NCBI RefSeq assembly: GCF_001457615.1
Contig: NZ_LN831024.1
Span: forward strand, 2,520,001 to 2,552,000
Length of the DNA: 32,000 nt
Reading direction: 5' to 3'
Origin: Pseudomonas aeruginosa
GTDB lineage: Bacteria; Pseudomonadota; Gammaproteobacteria; Pseudomonadales; Pseudomonadaceae
Below are positions 17,608-29,427 of this stretch, in pieces (within the stretch, counting starts at the first letter, position 1; the number at the start of each line of letters is the position of its first letter). The translations under genes were made by a program, and so were the position numbers. A model generated the notes under the pieces. That model did not search any database. It had not been told where the DNA came from and saw nothing but the letters and a program-made list of their open reading frames with translations.

Positions 17608-20073
17608 TTGACCAAGACAGCTTCTAAAGCACCAGCCGTGCGCAGGAAAAATAGCGATTTGAAGGATTCGACCACCGCGAGCCATGCCGCCGCATGGCGT
17701 CAGCAACTGCATTCCCGCCTGAAGGAAGGGGTCCTGATCGCGCTGGGCGCGCTCTGCCTCTACTTGTGGATGGCTCTGCTCACCTATGACCCGGCCGATC
17801 CGAGCTGGAGTCACTCGAGCCAGGTTGACCAGGTGCAGAATGCCGCCGGTCGGCTCGGTGCGGTATCCGCCGATATCCTGTTCATGACGCTCGGCTACTT
17901 CGCCTACCTCTTTCCGCTGTTGCTGGGCATCAAGACCTGGCAGGTATTCCGCCGCCGCAACCTGCCGTGGGAATGGAACACCTGGCTGTTTTCCTGGCGC
18001 CTGGTCGGGCTGATCTTCCTGATCCTGGCCGGCTCGGCACTGGCCTACATCCATTTCCACGCCAGCGGCCACATGCCGGCCAGCGCCTCGGCCGGCGGCG
18101 CCATCGGCCAGAGCCTGGGCCGCGTCGCGGTGGATGCGCTGAACGTGCAGGGCAGCACGTTGGTGTTCTTCGCCCTGTTCCTCTTCGGCCTGACGGTGTT
18201 CGCCGACCTCTCCTGGTTCAAGGTGATGGATGTCACCGGCAAGATCACCCTGGACTTCTTCGAACTGATCCAGAACGCCTTCAATCGCTGGATGGGCGCG
18301 CGCGCCGAGCGCAAGCAACTGGTCGCGCAACTGCGCGAGGTCGACGAGCGCGTCGCTGAGGTGGTGGCGCCGAGCGTGCCGGACCGCCGCGAACAGTCCA
18401 AGGCCAAGGAGCGCCTGCTGGAACGCGAAGAGGCCCTGGCCAAGCACATGAGCGAGCGGGAGAAGCGCCCGCCGCCGAAGATCGATCCGCCACCGCCGCC
18501 GAAGGCCCCGGAGCCGAGCAAGCGCGTGCTGAAAGAGAAGCAGGCGCCGCTGTTCGTCGATACGGCGGTGGAGGGCACCCTGCCGCCGCTGTCGCTGCTC
18601 GATCCGGCGGAAGTGAAGCAGAAGAGCTACTCGCCCGAGTCGCTGGAGGCGATGTCGCGCCTGCTGGAGATCAAGCTGAAGGAGTTCGGCGTCGAGGTCA
18701 GCGTGGATTCGGTGCATCCGGGCCCCGTGATCACCCGTTTCGAGATCCAGCCCGCGGCGGGGGTCAAGGTCAGCCGCATTTCCAACCTGGCCAAGGACCT
18801 GGCGCGCTCGCTGGCGGTGATCAGCGTGCGGGTGGTGGAAGTGATTCCCGGCAAGACCACCGTCGGCATCGAGATTCCCAACGAAGACCGGCAGATGGTG
18901 CGCTTCTCCGAAGTGCTGTCGTCGCCGGAGTACGACGAGCACAAGTCCACCGTGCCGCTGGCCCTGGGCCACGACATCGGCGGTCGGCCGATCATCACCG
19001 ACCTGGCGAAGATGCCGCACCTGCTGGTGGCCGGTACCACCGGCTCCGGTAAGTCGGTGGGGGTCAACGCCATGCTCCTGTCGATCCTGTTCAAGTCCAC
19101 GCCGAGCGAGGCGCGACTGATCATGATCGACCCGAAGATGCTCGAACTGTCGATCTACGAAGGGATCCCGCACCTGCTCTGCCCGGTGGTCACCGACATG
19201 AAGGAAGCCGCCAACGCCCTGCGCTGGAGCGTGGCGGAGATGGAGCGGCGCTACCGCCTGATGGCGGCCATGGGTGTGCGCAACCTGGCTGGCTTCAACC
19301 GCAAGGTGAAGGACGCCGAGGAGGCTGGCACGCCGCTGACCGACCCGCTGTTCCGTCGCGAAAGCCCGGACGACGAGCCGCCGCAGCTGAGCACCCTGCC
19401 GACCATCGTGGTGGTGGTCGACGAATTCGCCGACATGATGATGATCGTCGGCAAGAAGGTCGAGGAGCTTATCGCCCGTATCGCGCAGAAGGCGCGGGCG
19501 GCCGGTATCCACCTGATCCTGGCGACCCAGCGGCCGTCGGTGGACGTGATCACCGGCCTGATCAAGGCCAACATCCCGACCCGGATCGCCTTCCAGGTCT
19601 CCAGCAAGATCGACTCGCGCACCATCCTCGACCAGGGTGGCGCCGAACAACTTCTCGGCCACGGCGACATGCTCTACCTGCCGCCGGGCACAGGCCTGCC
19701 GATTCGCGTGCACGGCGCCTTCGTTTCCGACGACGAGGTGCACCGGGTGGTCGAGGCCTGGAAGCTGCGCGGTGCGCCCGACTACATCGAGGACATCCTC
19801 GCTGGCGTCGACGAAGGCGGCAGCGGTGGCGGTTCCTTCGATGGCGGCGACGGCTCCGGCGAAGGCAGCGAGGACGACCCGCTCTACGACGAGGCGGTAC
19901 GTTTCGTCACCGAGAGTCGCCGGGCATCGATCTCCGCCGTGCAACGCAAGCTGAAGATCGGCTACAACCGCGCCGCGCGGATGATCGAGGCGATGGAGAT
20001 GGCCGGCGTGGTCACCCCGATGAATACCAACGGCTCCCGCGAAGTCATCGCGCCGGCGCCGGTTCGTGATTGA
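17608..20073 (+). CDS. ftsK: DNA translocase FtsK
   Basis: 4-TM N-domain, Walker [21 protein letters not shown]-terminal gamma winged helix [44 protein letters not shown] at 17608 is the longest start; GTG at 17638 (811 aa) is an alternative. Confidence 0.96.
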   Translation: MTKTASKAPAVRRKNSDLKDSTTASHAAAWRQQLHSRLKEGVLIALGALCLYLWMALLTYDPADPSWSHSSQVDQVQNAAGRLGAVSADILFMTLGYFAYLFPLLLGIKTWQVFRRRNLPWEWNTWLFSWRLVGLIFLILAGSALAYIHFHASGHMPASASAGGAIGQSLGRVAVDALNVQGSTLVFFALFLFGLTVFADLSWFKVMDVTGKITLDFFELIQNAFNRWMGARAERKQLVAQLREVDERVAEVVAPSVPDRREQSKAKERLLEREEALAKHMSEREKRPPPKIDPPPPPKAPEPSKRVLKEKQAPLFVDTAVEGTLPPLSLLDPAEVKQKSYSPESLEAMSRLLEIKLKEFGVEVSVDSVHPGPVITRFEIQPAAGVKVSRISNLAKDLARSLAVISVRVVEVIPGKTTVGIEIPNEDRQMVRFSEVLSSPEYDEHKSTVPLALGHDIGGRPIITDLAKMPHLLVAGTTGSGKSVGVNAMLLSILFKSTPSEARLIMIDPKMLELSIYEGIPHLLCPVVTDMKEAANALRWSVAEMERRYRLMAAMGVRNLAGFNRKVKDAEEAGTPLTDPLFRRESPDDEPPQLSTLPTIVVVVDEFADMMMIVGKKVEELIARIAQKARAAGIHLILATQRPSVDVITGLIKANIPTRIAFQVSSKIDSRTILDQGGAEQLLGHGDMLYLPPGTGLPIRVHGAFVSDDEVHRVVEAWKLRGAPDYIEDILAGVDEGGSGGGSFDGGDGSGEGSEDDPLYDEAVRFVTESRRASISAVQRKLKIGYNRAARMIEAMEMAGVVTPMNTNGSREVIAPAPVRD

Positions 20074-20098
20074 ACCCGACAGGTTTTAGAGGATTCCA

Positions 20099-20725
20099 AT
20101 GCGACTGATCCGCACGTTGTTCGTTGCCGCCCTGGCCATGGGCGCTTCGCTGGCCCATGCCGACGACAGCGCCGCTGTCCAGCGCCTGACCGGCCTGCTG
20201 AACAAGGCCCAGACCCTGACCGCGCGTTTTTCCCAACTGACCCTGGACGGTAGCGGCACGCGCCTGCAGGAAACCGCCGGCCAACTGAGCCTGAAGCGGC
20301 CGGGACTGTTCCGCTGGCATACCGATGCGCCGAACGAGCAATTGCTCATTTCCAACGGCGAGAAGGTCTGGCTGTACGACCCGGACCTGGAGCAGGTGAC
20401 CATCCAGAAGCTCGATCAGCGCCTGACCCAGACGCCGGCGCTGCTGCTCTCCGGCGACATCTCGAAGATCAGCGAAAGCTTCGCCATCACCTACAAGGAA
20501 GGCGGCAACGTAGTCGATTTCGTGCTCAAGCCGAAGACCAAGGACACCCTCTTCGACACATTGCGCCTGTCGTTCCGCAGCGGCAAGGTGAACGACATGC
20601 AGATGATCGATGGCGTCGGCCAGCGCACCAACATCCTGTTCTTCGACGTGAAGATGAACGAGGCGCTGGATGCCAAGCAATTCACCTTCGACGTTCCGCC
20701 GGGCGTCGACGTGATCCAGGAGTAA
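20099..20725 (+). CDS. lolA: Outer-membrane lipoprotein carrier protein LolA
   Basis: 208 aa with signal peptide [21 protein letters not shown]; [40 protein letters not shown]. Confidence 0.96.
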
Positions 20726-20734
20726 GCGCAAGCC

Positions 20735-23462
<2,728 letters not shown>

Positions 23463-23463
23463 C

Positions 23464-24861
23464 ATGGATTTCCTGCCGCTGTTCCACTCCTTGCAAGGGC
23501 GCCTCGCGCTGGTGGTCGGTGGCGGCGAAGTCGCCCTGCGCAAGGCGCGCCTGCTGGCCGACGCCGGCGCGCGCCTGCGCGTGGTCGCGCCGCAGATCCA
23601 CATCGAACTGCGGCATCTGGTGGAGCAGGGCGGCGGTGAGCTGCTCGAACGCGACTACCAGGACGGCGACCAGCCCGGCTGCGCCCTGATCATCGCCGCC
23701 ACCGACGACGAACCGCTGAACGCCGAGGTGTCGCGAGCGGCCAATGCGCGCGGGATACCGGTCAACGTGGTGGACGCGCCGGCCCTGTGCAGCGTGATCT
23801 TCCCGGCCATCGTCGACCGTTCGCCGCTGGTGGTGGCGGTCTCCAGCGGCGGCGATGCGCCCGTGCTGGCGCGGCTGATCCGGGCCAAGCTGGAAACCTG
23901 GATTCCCTCGACCTACGGGCAACTGGCCGGACTCGCCAGCCGCTTCCGCCACCGGGTCAAGGAATTGCTACCCGACCTGCAGCAGCGCCGGGTGTTCTGG
24001 GAAAACCTGTTCCAGGGCGAGATCGCCGAGCGTGTCCTGGCCGGCCGTCCGGCGGAAGCCGAGCGTCTCCTGGAAGAGCGCCTGGCCGGCGGCCTCGCGC
24101 ACATACCCACGGGCGAGGTATATCTGGTCGGGGCCGGGCCGGGGGATCCGGACCTGCTGACGTTCCGTGCCCTGCGCCTGATGCAGCAGGCCGACGTGGT
24201 GCTCTACGATCGCCTGGTGGCGCCGTCGATCCTCGAATTATGCCGCCGCGATGCCGAACGCCTGTACGTCGGCAAGCGCCGCGCCGAACATGCGGTGCCG
24301 CAGGATCGGATCAACCGCCTGCTGGTGGAGCTGGCCAGCCAGGGCAAGCGCGTGCTGCGCCTGAAGGGTGGCGACCCGTTCATCTTCGGCCGCGGCGGTG
24401 AGGAAATCGACGAACTGGCTGCCCACGGCATACCTTTCCAGGTCGTGCCGGGAATCACCGCGGCCAGCGGCTGCGCGGCCTACGCCGGGATTCCACTGAC
24501 TCATCGCGATCATGCGCAATCGGTTCGTTTCGTCACCGGTCATCTGAAGGACGGCACCACCGACCTGCCGTGGCAGGACCTGGTAGCGCCTGGCCAGACC
24601 CTGGTGTTCTACATGGGCCTGGTGGGATTGCCGGTGATCTGCGAGCAACTGGTCGCCCACGGTCGCTCCGCACAGACCCCGGCGGCGCTGATCCAGCAGG
24701 GGACCACCGCCCAGCAGCGGGTATTCACCGGAACCCTGGAAAACCTGCCGCAACTGGTGGCTGAGCACGAAGTGCATGCGCCGACCCTGGTGATCGTCGG
24801 CGAAGTCGTGCAACTGCGCGACAAGCTGGCCTGGTTCGAAGGCGCCCGCGAGGACGCCTGA
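23464..24861 (+). CDS. cysG: Siroheme synthase (precorrin-2 dehydrogenase/ferrochelatase and uroporphyrin-III C-methyltransferase)
   Basis: 465 aa; N-terminal [27 protein letters not shown] and SAM-dependent [34 protein letters not shown]. Confidence 0.97.
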   Translation: MDFLPLFHSLQGRLALVVGGGEVALRKARLLADAGARLRVVAPQIHIELRHLVEQGGGELLERDYQDGDQPGCALIIAATDDEPLNAEVSRAANARGIPVNVVDAPALCSVIFPAIVDRSPLVVAVSSGGDAPVLARLIRAKLETWIPSTYGQLAGLASRFRHRVKELLPDLQQRRVFWENLFQGEIAERVLAGRPAEAERLLEERLAGGLAHIPTGEVYLVGAGPGDPDLLTFRALRLMQQADVVLYDRLVAPSILELCRRDAERLYVGKRRAEHAVPQDRINRLLVELASQGKRVLRLKGGDPFIFGRGGEEIDELAAHGIPFQVVPGITAASGCAAYAGIPLTHRDHAQSVRFVTGHLKDGTTDLPWQDLVAPGQTLVFYMGLVGLPVICEQLVAHGRSAQTPAALIQQGTTAQQRVFTGTLENLPQLVAEHEVHAPTLVIVGEVVQLRDKLAWFEGAREDA

Positions 24862-24865
24862 GCCT

Positions 24866-25840
24866 TCAGCCTTCTCCCCAGATGCCCTTGCCGGGAAGTC
24901 GTTCCCGGCCTGGCGCGCGCGCCAGGTCGAGACGCGGGCCCAGCGGTACTATCCCGGTCGGGTTGATGGTGCGGTGGCTGGCGTAGTAGTGCCCCTTGAT
25001 ATGTTCGAAGTCCACTGTCTCGCCGATGCCCGGGCGTTGGTACAGCTCGCGCAACCAGCCGGAGAGATTCGGGTAGTCTTCGATGCGCCGCAGGTTGCAC
25101 TTGAAGTGTCCGTGGTACACCGCATCGAAGCGCACCAGGGTGGTGAACAGGCGGATATCGGCCTCGGTCAGGTATTCGCCGGCCAGGTAGCGGCGTTCGC
25201 CGAGCAAGCCTTCCAGGTAGTCCAGCTCCTCGAACAACTGGACGAAGGCCTCCTCGTAGGCCTCCTGGCGAGTGGCGAAGCCAGCACGGTACACGCCGTT
25301 GTTGACCGCCGGATAGATGCGTCCGTTGAGGCGTTCGATCTCCTCGCGCAGCGGCTCCGGGTAGAAGTCCAGCGCGTTGGCGCCGATGGCGTCGAAGGCG
25401 CTGTTGAAGATGCGGACGATATCGGCTGATTCGTTGTTGACGATCTTCTGCGCCTGCTTGTCCCACAGCAGCGGCACCGTGACCCGGCCGCTGTAGTGCG
25501 GGTCGTCGCGGGTGTAGCGCTGGTGCAGAAAGGCCAGGCCGTCGAGGCGATCGCCGGTGGAGCCGTGGGCGGGGTCGAAGGTCCAGCCGTTCTCGCGCAT
25601 CAGCCAACTGACCACCGAAACATCGACCAGCGACTCCAGCCCCTTCAGCTTGCGCACGATCAGGGTCCGATGGGCCCAGGGGCAGGCCAGCGAGACATAG
25701 AGATGGTAGCGCCCGCCCTCGGCGGGGAACGCCGGCTCGCCCAGCCAATGGCGGCGCTGGGCGTTTTCGCGCTGGAAGCGGCCGTCTTTCTGTGTGTCAT
25801 ACCACTGGTCGTGCCAGCGGCCATCGATCAACTGTCCCAT
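24866..25840 (-). CDS. Glutathionyl-hydroquinone reductase (Xi-class GST-like, YqjG family)
   Basis: 324 aa; FPAEGGRYHLYVSLACPWAHRTLIVRKLKGL with catalytic ACPWAHR motif and C-terminal SNLSGWLRELYQRPGIGETVDFEHIKGHYYASHRTINPTGIVPLGP. Confidence 0.93.
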   Translation of the reverse strand: MGQLIDGRWHDQWYDTQKDGRFQRENAQRRHWLGEPAFPAEGGRYHLYVSLACPWAHRTLIVRKLKGLESLVDVSVVSWLMRENGWTFDPAHGSTGDRLDGLAFLHQRYTRDDPHYSGRVTVPLLWDKQAQKIVNNESADIVRIFNSAFDAIGANALDFYPEPLREEIERLNGRIYPAVNNGVYRAGFATRQEAYEEAFVQLFEELDYLEGLLGERRYLAGEYLTEADIRLFTTLVRFDAVYHGHFKCNLRRIEDYPNLSGWLRELYQRPGIGETVDFEHIKGHYYASHRTINPTGIVPLGPRLDLARAPGRERLPGKGIWGEG

Positions 25841-25927
25841 GAGCGGGTTCCTCCATACGTCGTTGGAGGAACAGTCTAGTGTCGGGCGATCGATAAATTT
25901 ATATAAATAAAGGGCTATTCGTATCGA

Positions 25928-26911
25928 TCAGATCGATTCGTTTCGGGTCGCCCAGTAGTGTGCGGCTTCCTTGAAGGCTTCTTCGCGATTCTTGCCAAGG
26001 GCCCGTAGCGCCAGGGCCATGCTGGAGAGCACCGCCAGGTGGCCATAGGCGTCGCCTTCGCGGCCGTCCCAGACGGCCCGAAGGAAACCCGGGTCGAGCT
26101 GTTCCGGCTTCATGTGCCGGTGCGTCGACAATGCCGGCCATTCCTCGTCCCAGGCTTCGCCCTGGTCGCAACCATACAGGTGGGCGACGACGTCCGGGTT
26201 GACTTCGATCTCGCCGCCTTCGCCCTTGATGACGATGGCCCGGTCGCCGAGCAGGCGGCTGGCCTCGCGGTGGGTTTCCTGGTAACCGGGGTGGAAGATG
26301 CTCTGCAGGATGCAATCCGCATTCAGGGGGTTGAGCAGGCGAACCAGCGAATGGATCGGCGAGCGCAGGCCGAGGGTATTGCGCAGATCGATCATGCGTT
26401 GCAGCACCGGCATCCAGGCGCCGAGCGGAATGAACGCCAGGTGGCCGCGCTCCAGGGCCTGTTCTACCTGCAGCCAGTCGTGGCAGAGCGGGATCTCCAG
26501 CGCCGCCAGCAACTGTTCGCTGTACAGGCGTCCGGCGGTATGCGTGCCGCCGCCGTGCATGAGGATGCGCACGCCATGGCCGGCCAGGCACTTGGCGGCC
26601 AGCAGGTACCAGGGCAGGTGGCGCTTCTTGCCGGCGTAACTGGGCCAGTCGAGGTCGACGCGCAAGGACGGGACTTGCAGGCGTTCGCGCACCGCCTCGG
26701 TGAAACCGGCCAGTTCCTCGCTGCTTTCCTCCTTGTGCCGCAGGAGCATGAGGAAGGCGCCCAGCTGGGTGTCCTCGACCCTGCCGTCGAGGATCATGCC
26801 GAGGGCCTCGCGGGCTTCCTCCCGGGTCAGGCTGCGCGCTCCGCGCTTGCCTTTGCCGAGGATGCGGACGAACTGGGCGAACGGATGTTCGGCGGGAGTC
26901 GAGAGAGTCAT
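25928..26911 (-). CDS. ybiB: YbiB-like protein, anthranilate phosphoribosyltransferase fold family (TrpD2-like)
   Basis: 327 aa from MTLSTPAEHPFAQFVRILGKGKRGARSLTREEAREALGMILDGRVEDTQLGAFLMLLRHKEES; ends adjacent to tus genes, overlapping tusE by 4 nt. Start corrected from 27172. Confidence 0.85.
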   Translation of the reverse strand: MTLSTPAEHPFAQFVRILGKGKRGARSLTREEAREALGMILDGRVEDTQLGAFLMLLRHKEESSEELAGFTEAVRERLQVPSLRVDLDWPSYAGKKRHLPWYLLAAKCLAGHGVRILMHGGGTHTAGRLYSEQLLAALEIPLCHDWLQVEQALERGHLAFIPLGAWMPVLQRMIDLRNTLGLRSPIHSLVRLLNPLNADCILQSIFHPGYQETHREASRLLGDRAIVIKGEGGEIEVNPDVVAHLYGCDQGEAWDEEWPALSTHRHMKPEQLDPGFLRAVWDGREGDAYGHLAVLSSMALALRALGKNREEAFKEAAHYWATRNESI

Positions 26912-27243
26912 AGACAGTTGCTCGGTTTCGGCAGGCCGGCCAGCTTCGCGCCAAGCTTGGCCGGGGCGCCCTTGAACAGGTGGTTGAGGTGCAGGCTGTT
27001 GCCCTTGTCCGGACCCAGTCGCTGGGCGACGTACTTGATCAGCGGGCGGTTGGCCGGAGACAGCTGGAACTCCGCATAGAACTCGCGGAGCAGTTGGAGA
27101 ATCTCCCAGTGCTCGGCGGTCAGAGCCAGCTCCTCGCGGGCGGCCAGGGCTTCCGCCACCGGCTCCGACCAATCGTCGAGGGCGGCGAGGTAGCCGTCCT
27201 TGTCCAGCCGGATTTCCCGGCCTTCCAGCATAAGGAGCGTCAT
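26908..27243 (-). CDS. tusE: Sulfurtransferase TusE/DsrC-like
   Basis: 111 aa MTLLMLEGREIRLDKDGYLAALDDWSEPVAEALAAREELALTAEHWEILQLLREFY...; penultimate catalytic Cys (PKPSNCL). Confidence 0.94.
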   Translation of the reverse strand: MTLLMLEGREIRLDKDGYLAALDDWSEPVAEALAAREELALTAEHWEILQLLREFYAEFQLSPANRPLIKYVAQRLGPDKGNSLHLNHLFKGAPAKLGAKLAGLPKPSNCL

Positions 27244-27545
27244 AGCCAACTGTTGACCTTGTCGAAGCGGGTGGCGAGTTCGACGAAGCCGGGGTAGTCC
27301 ACCGCCACCAGGCGAGCGGGGACGTCCTCGATACCGCGCGCCTGGAGGTCTTCCAGCAGGGCGAACAGTTCGATTTCCGCCGGCATCAGTTCCAGGGCCT
27401 GGCAGGCGTGGCTGCCGGCCAGCAGGGCGTGCACGGCGTCGCCGCAGAGCAGCAGGCCGTCGCCGGGGTTGAGCAGGTACAGGCAACTGCCCAGGCGGCC
27501 GTCATTGAACGGCGAGCGGGACAGTACGTGGAGGGTCGTGGCCAT
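27240..27545 (-). CDS. tusB: Sulfurtransferase complex subunit TusB/DsrH
   Basis: 101 aa MATTLHVLSRSPFNDGRLGSCLYLLNPGDGLLLCGDAVHALLAG; 4-nt overlap with tusE. Confidence 0.93.
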   Translation of the reverse strand: MATTLHVLSRSPFNDGRLGSCLYLLNPGDGLLLCGDAVHALLAGSHACQALELMPAEIELFALLEDLQARGIEDVPARLVAVDYPGFVELATRFDKVNSWL

Positions 27546-27904
27546 CAGAGGGTAATCACCTGGTCGTAGCGTTGCAGCAGGTCGCGCAGGGCCTGGTCGT
27601 CGAGCACCTCGACCGCGAGGGCCAGGCGCTCTTCAGCCAGGCCACGCTCGCGCAGGCTACGGGCCGAGACGTAGAGGTCGTCCACGCCGAACATCGGCAG
27701 GGCCTGCAGGTTGGCCTGCAGGTCCTTCTGCTGCAGGTGCGCAGGATGCTGGCCGGGAGCCAGCTGGAACGCGCCGTCGTCGAGGAACAGCATGCCGACC
27801 GGTAGATCGAAGGCGCCGCCGGCCAGGGCTATGTCCAGCGCCTCGCGGGCGCTCGGGCCGGACCAGGGCGACTGGCGGCTGATGATCAGCAGCGACTGGC
27901 TCAT
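27545..27904 (-). CDS. tusC: Sulfurtransferase complex subunit TusC/DsrF
   Basis: 119 aa from MSQSLLIISRQSPWSGPSAREALDIALAGGAFDLPVGMLFLDDGAFQL. Start corrected from 27982. Confidence 0.93.
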   Translation of the reverse strand: MSQSLLIISRQSPWSGPSAREALDIALAGGAFDLPVGMLFLDDGAFQLAPGQHPAHLQQKDLQANLQALPMFGVDDLYVSARSLRERGLAEERLALAVEVLDDQALRDLLQRYDQVITL

Positions 27905-28296
27905 CGGTCGCCTCCGAAGCAGACCAGGCGGTCCGCGCTTTGCGCCGCCTCGTGCAACTGGCCGAGTCCGGACAGTTCCCATGGTGCGCCAAGGTTGGCG
28001 CCGGGACGGCCGTAGCGTTCGGCTTCCTCGGCGTTCAGCACGCCGCGGCGCAGGGCGGCGGCGATGCAGACCACGGCGTCCAGGCCGTTGCGCTCGACCA
28101 ACTCGCGCCAGGCGGCGGGCAGGTCGAACTCGTCCTGGCCGCTCACGACGTTGGCCGAGGCGCTGTGCACGCCGTCCTGGTAGAAGAACAGGCGGACGAT
28201 TTCGTGCCCGCCGGCCAGCGCGGCTTCGCTGAAGCGCAGCGCGCGGCGGGCGGCGGGGGAGTGGGGAGGGTCGAATAGGGCGATGGCGAATTTCAT
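27901..28296 (-). CDS. tusD: Sulfurtransferase complex subunit TusD/DsrE
   Basis: 131 aa from MKFAIALFDPPHSPAARRALRFSEAALAGGHEIVRLFFYQDGVHSA; catalytic Cys in LDAVVCIAAALRRGVL. Start corrected from 28359. Confidence 0.94.
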   Translation of the reverse strand: MKFAIALFDPPHSPAARRALRFSEAALAGGHEIVRLFFYQDGVHSASANVVSGQDEFDLPAAWRELVERNGLDAVVCIAAALRRGVLNAEEAERYGRPGANLGAPWELSGLGQLHEAAQSADRLVCFGGDR

Positions 28297-28361
28297 GCTG
28301 CGATACGCGAAGGATTTATTCGAATGATAAACCAATGCCTGTGTTTTGCCGGTCCGCAAAT

Positions 28362-28390
28362 GAAAAGCCCGTCGCGGGGACGGGCTTTTC
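28362..28390 (-). terminator. Intrinsic terminator of the Bax-inhibitor-1 family gene
   Basis: GAAAAGCCCG-TCGCGGGGA-CGGGCTTTTC perfect 10-bp stem located between the BI-1 gene and tusD. Confidence 0.8.
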
Positions 28391-28405
28391 CGGAGGCGTT
28401 TTCTA

Positions 28406-29074
28406 TCAGTCGTCGCCGCCGGCGATGCCGAAGATCTGCAACAGGCTGATGAACAGGTTGTAGATCGACACGTACAGGCTGATGGTGGCCATGATGTAGT
28501 TGCGTTCGCCGCCGTGGATGATCGCGCTGGTCTGGTAGAGGATCATCGCCGAGGAGAACAGGACGAAGCCGGCGCTGATCGCCAGTTGCAGGCCACTGAT
28601 CTGGAAGAACAGCGATACCAGCACGGCGCCCAGCAGGACGAAGAAGCCGGCGGTGATGAAGCCGGACAGGAAGCTCATGTCCTTGCGGGTGGTCAGCACA
28701 TAGGCGGACAGGCCGAAGAACACCAGGGCGGTCATGGCGAACGCCGAAGTGATGACGCTGCCGCCGTTGGGCAGGCCGAGGTACATGTTGAGGATCGGGC
28801 CGAGCGTGTAGCCCATGAAGCCGGTCAGGGCGAAAGTGCTGACCAGACCCCAGGCGCTGTTGCGCAGCTTCACGGTGAGGAAGAACAGGCCGTAGAAGCC
28901 GATCAGCACCACGAACACGTTCGGATAGGGCAGGCGCATCTGCTGCGAAACGTAGGCCACCAGGCCGCTGAAGGCCAGGGTGAGTGCCAGCAGGCCGTAG
29001 GTATTGCGCAGAACGCCGCTGACTTCACGCTGTTCCGCGACGGCGGAGTTCAGCTGATATTGCTGTTCTTGCAT
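28406..29074 (-). CDS. yccA: Bax inhibitor-1/YccA family inner membrane protein
   Basis: 222 aa from [41 protein letters not shown]; about seven hydrophobic helices and family motif [13 protein letters not shown]; terminal IFGIAGGDD. Confidence 0.9.
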   Translation of the reverse strand: MQEQQYQLNSAVAEQREVSGVLRNTYGLLALTLAFSGLVAYVSQQMRLPYPNVFVVLIGFYGLFFLTVKLRNSAWGLVSTFALTGFMGYTLGPILNMYLGLPNGGSVITSAFAMTALVFFGLSAYVLTTRKDMSFLSGFITAGFFVLLGAVLVSLFFQISGLQLAISAGFVLFSSAMILYQTSAIIHGGERNYIMATISLYVSIYNLFISLLQIFGIAGGDD

Positions 29075-29161
29075 GGTGTGGGTACTCCTTAACGGGAACG
29101 GGTCCATGACGTACTGATGGGCATGATAGCAAAGCCTCTGCCAGGGCCAATCGATAGAGTT

Positions 29162-29189
29162 TGACAGTGTGTTGCTATCCGGTACTATG
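29162..29189 (+). promoter_or_regulatory. Putative sigma70 promoter of tRNA-Ser
   Basis: TTGACA (29162-29167), 16-bp spacer, TACTAT (29184-29189), followed by GC-rich discriminator GCGCCCCGCG just upstream of the tRNA. Confidence 0.7.
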
Positions 29190-29204
29190 GCGCCCCGCGA
29201 TGCG

Positions 29205-29293
29205 GAGGTGTGGCCGAGTGGTTTAAGGCAACGGTCTTGAAAACCGTCGAAGGGGAGACTCTTCCGTGAGTTCGAATCTCACCGCCTCCGCCA
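29205..29293 (+). tRNA. tRNA-Ser (anticodon UGA)
   Basis: GGAGGTGTGGCCGAGTGG...ACGGT-CTTGAAA-ACCGT anticodon arm, long variable arm, GTTCGAATC T-arm, CGCCTCC acceptor 3' strand, encoded GCCA. Confidence 0.97.
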
Positions 29294-29306
29294 TATCCGC
29301 GTACTG

Positions 29307-29331
29307 AAAAGCCCCGCTGAGCGGGGCTTTT
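29307..29331. terminator. Intrinsic terminator downstream of tRNA-Ser
   Basis: AAAAGCCCCGC-TGA-GCGGGGCTTTT inverted repeat immediately after the tRNA. Confidence 0.88.
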
Positions 29332-29427
29332 GCATTTTCGGGGCGCCGCTCTTCCGCACTTCCGGGTCGTTTCCGCAGCCTGCCCGGCGTCGATTCGATG
29401 ACTCTCCGATTTCGTCGGGTAATGGCT

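Noticed and set aside
17584-19944. 786-aa minus-strand ORF antisense to ftsK
   Set aside because: Shadow ORF of ftsK with charged/His-rich non-domain sequence, not supported as a gene.
24609-25748. 379-aa plus-strand-shadow/minus ORF over the cysG end and quinone reductase
   Set aside because: Alternate frame of the well-supported glutathionyl-hydroquinone reductase; Arg/Pro-rich translation with no domain.
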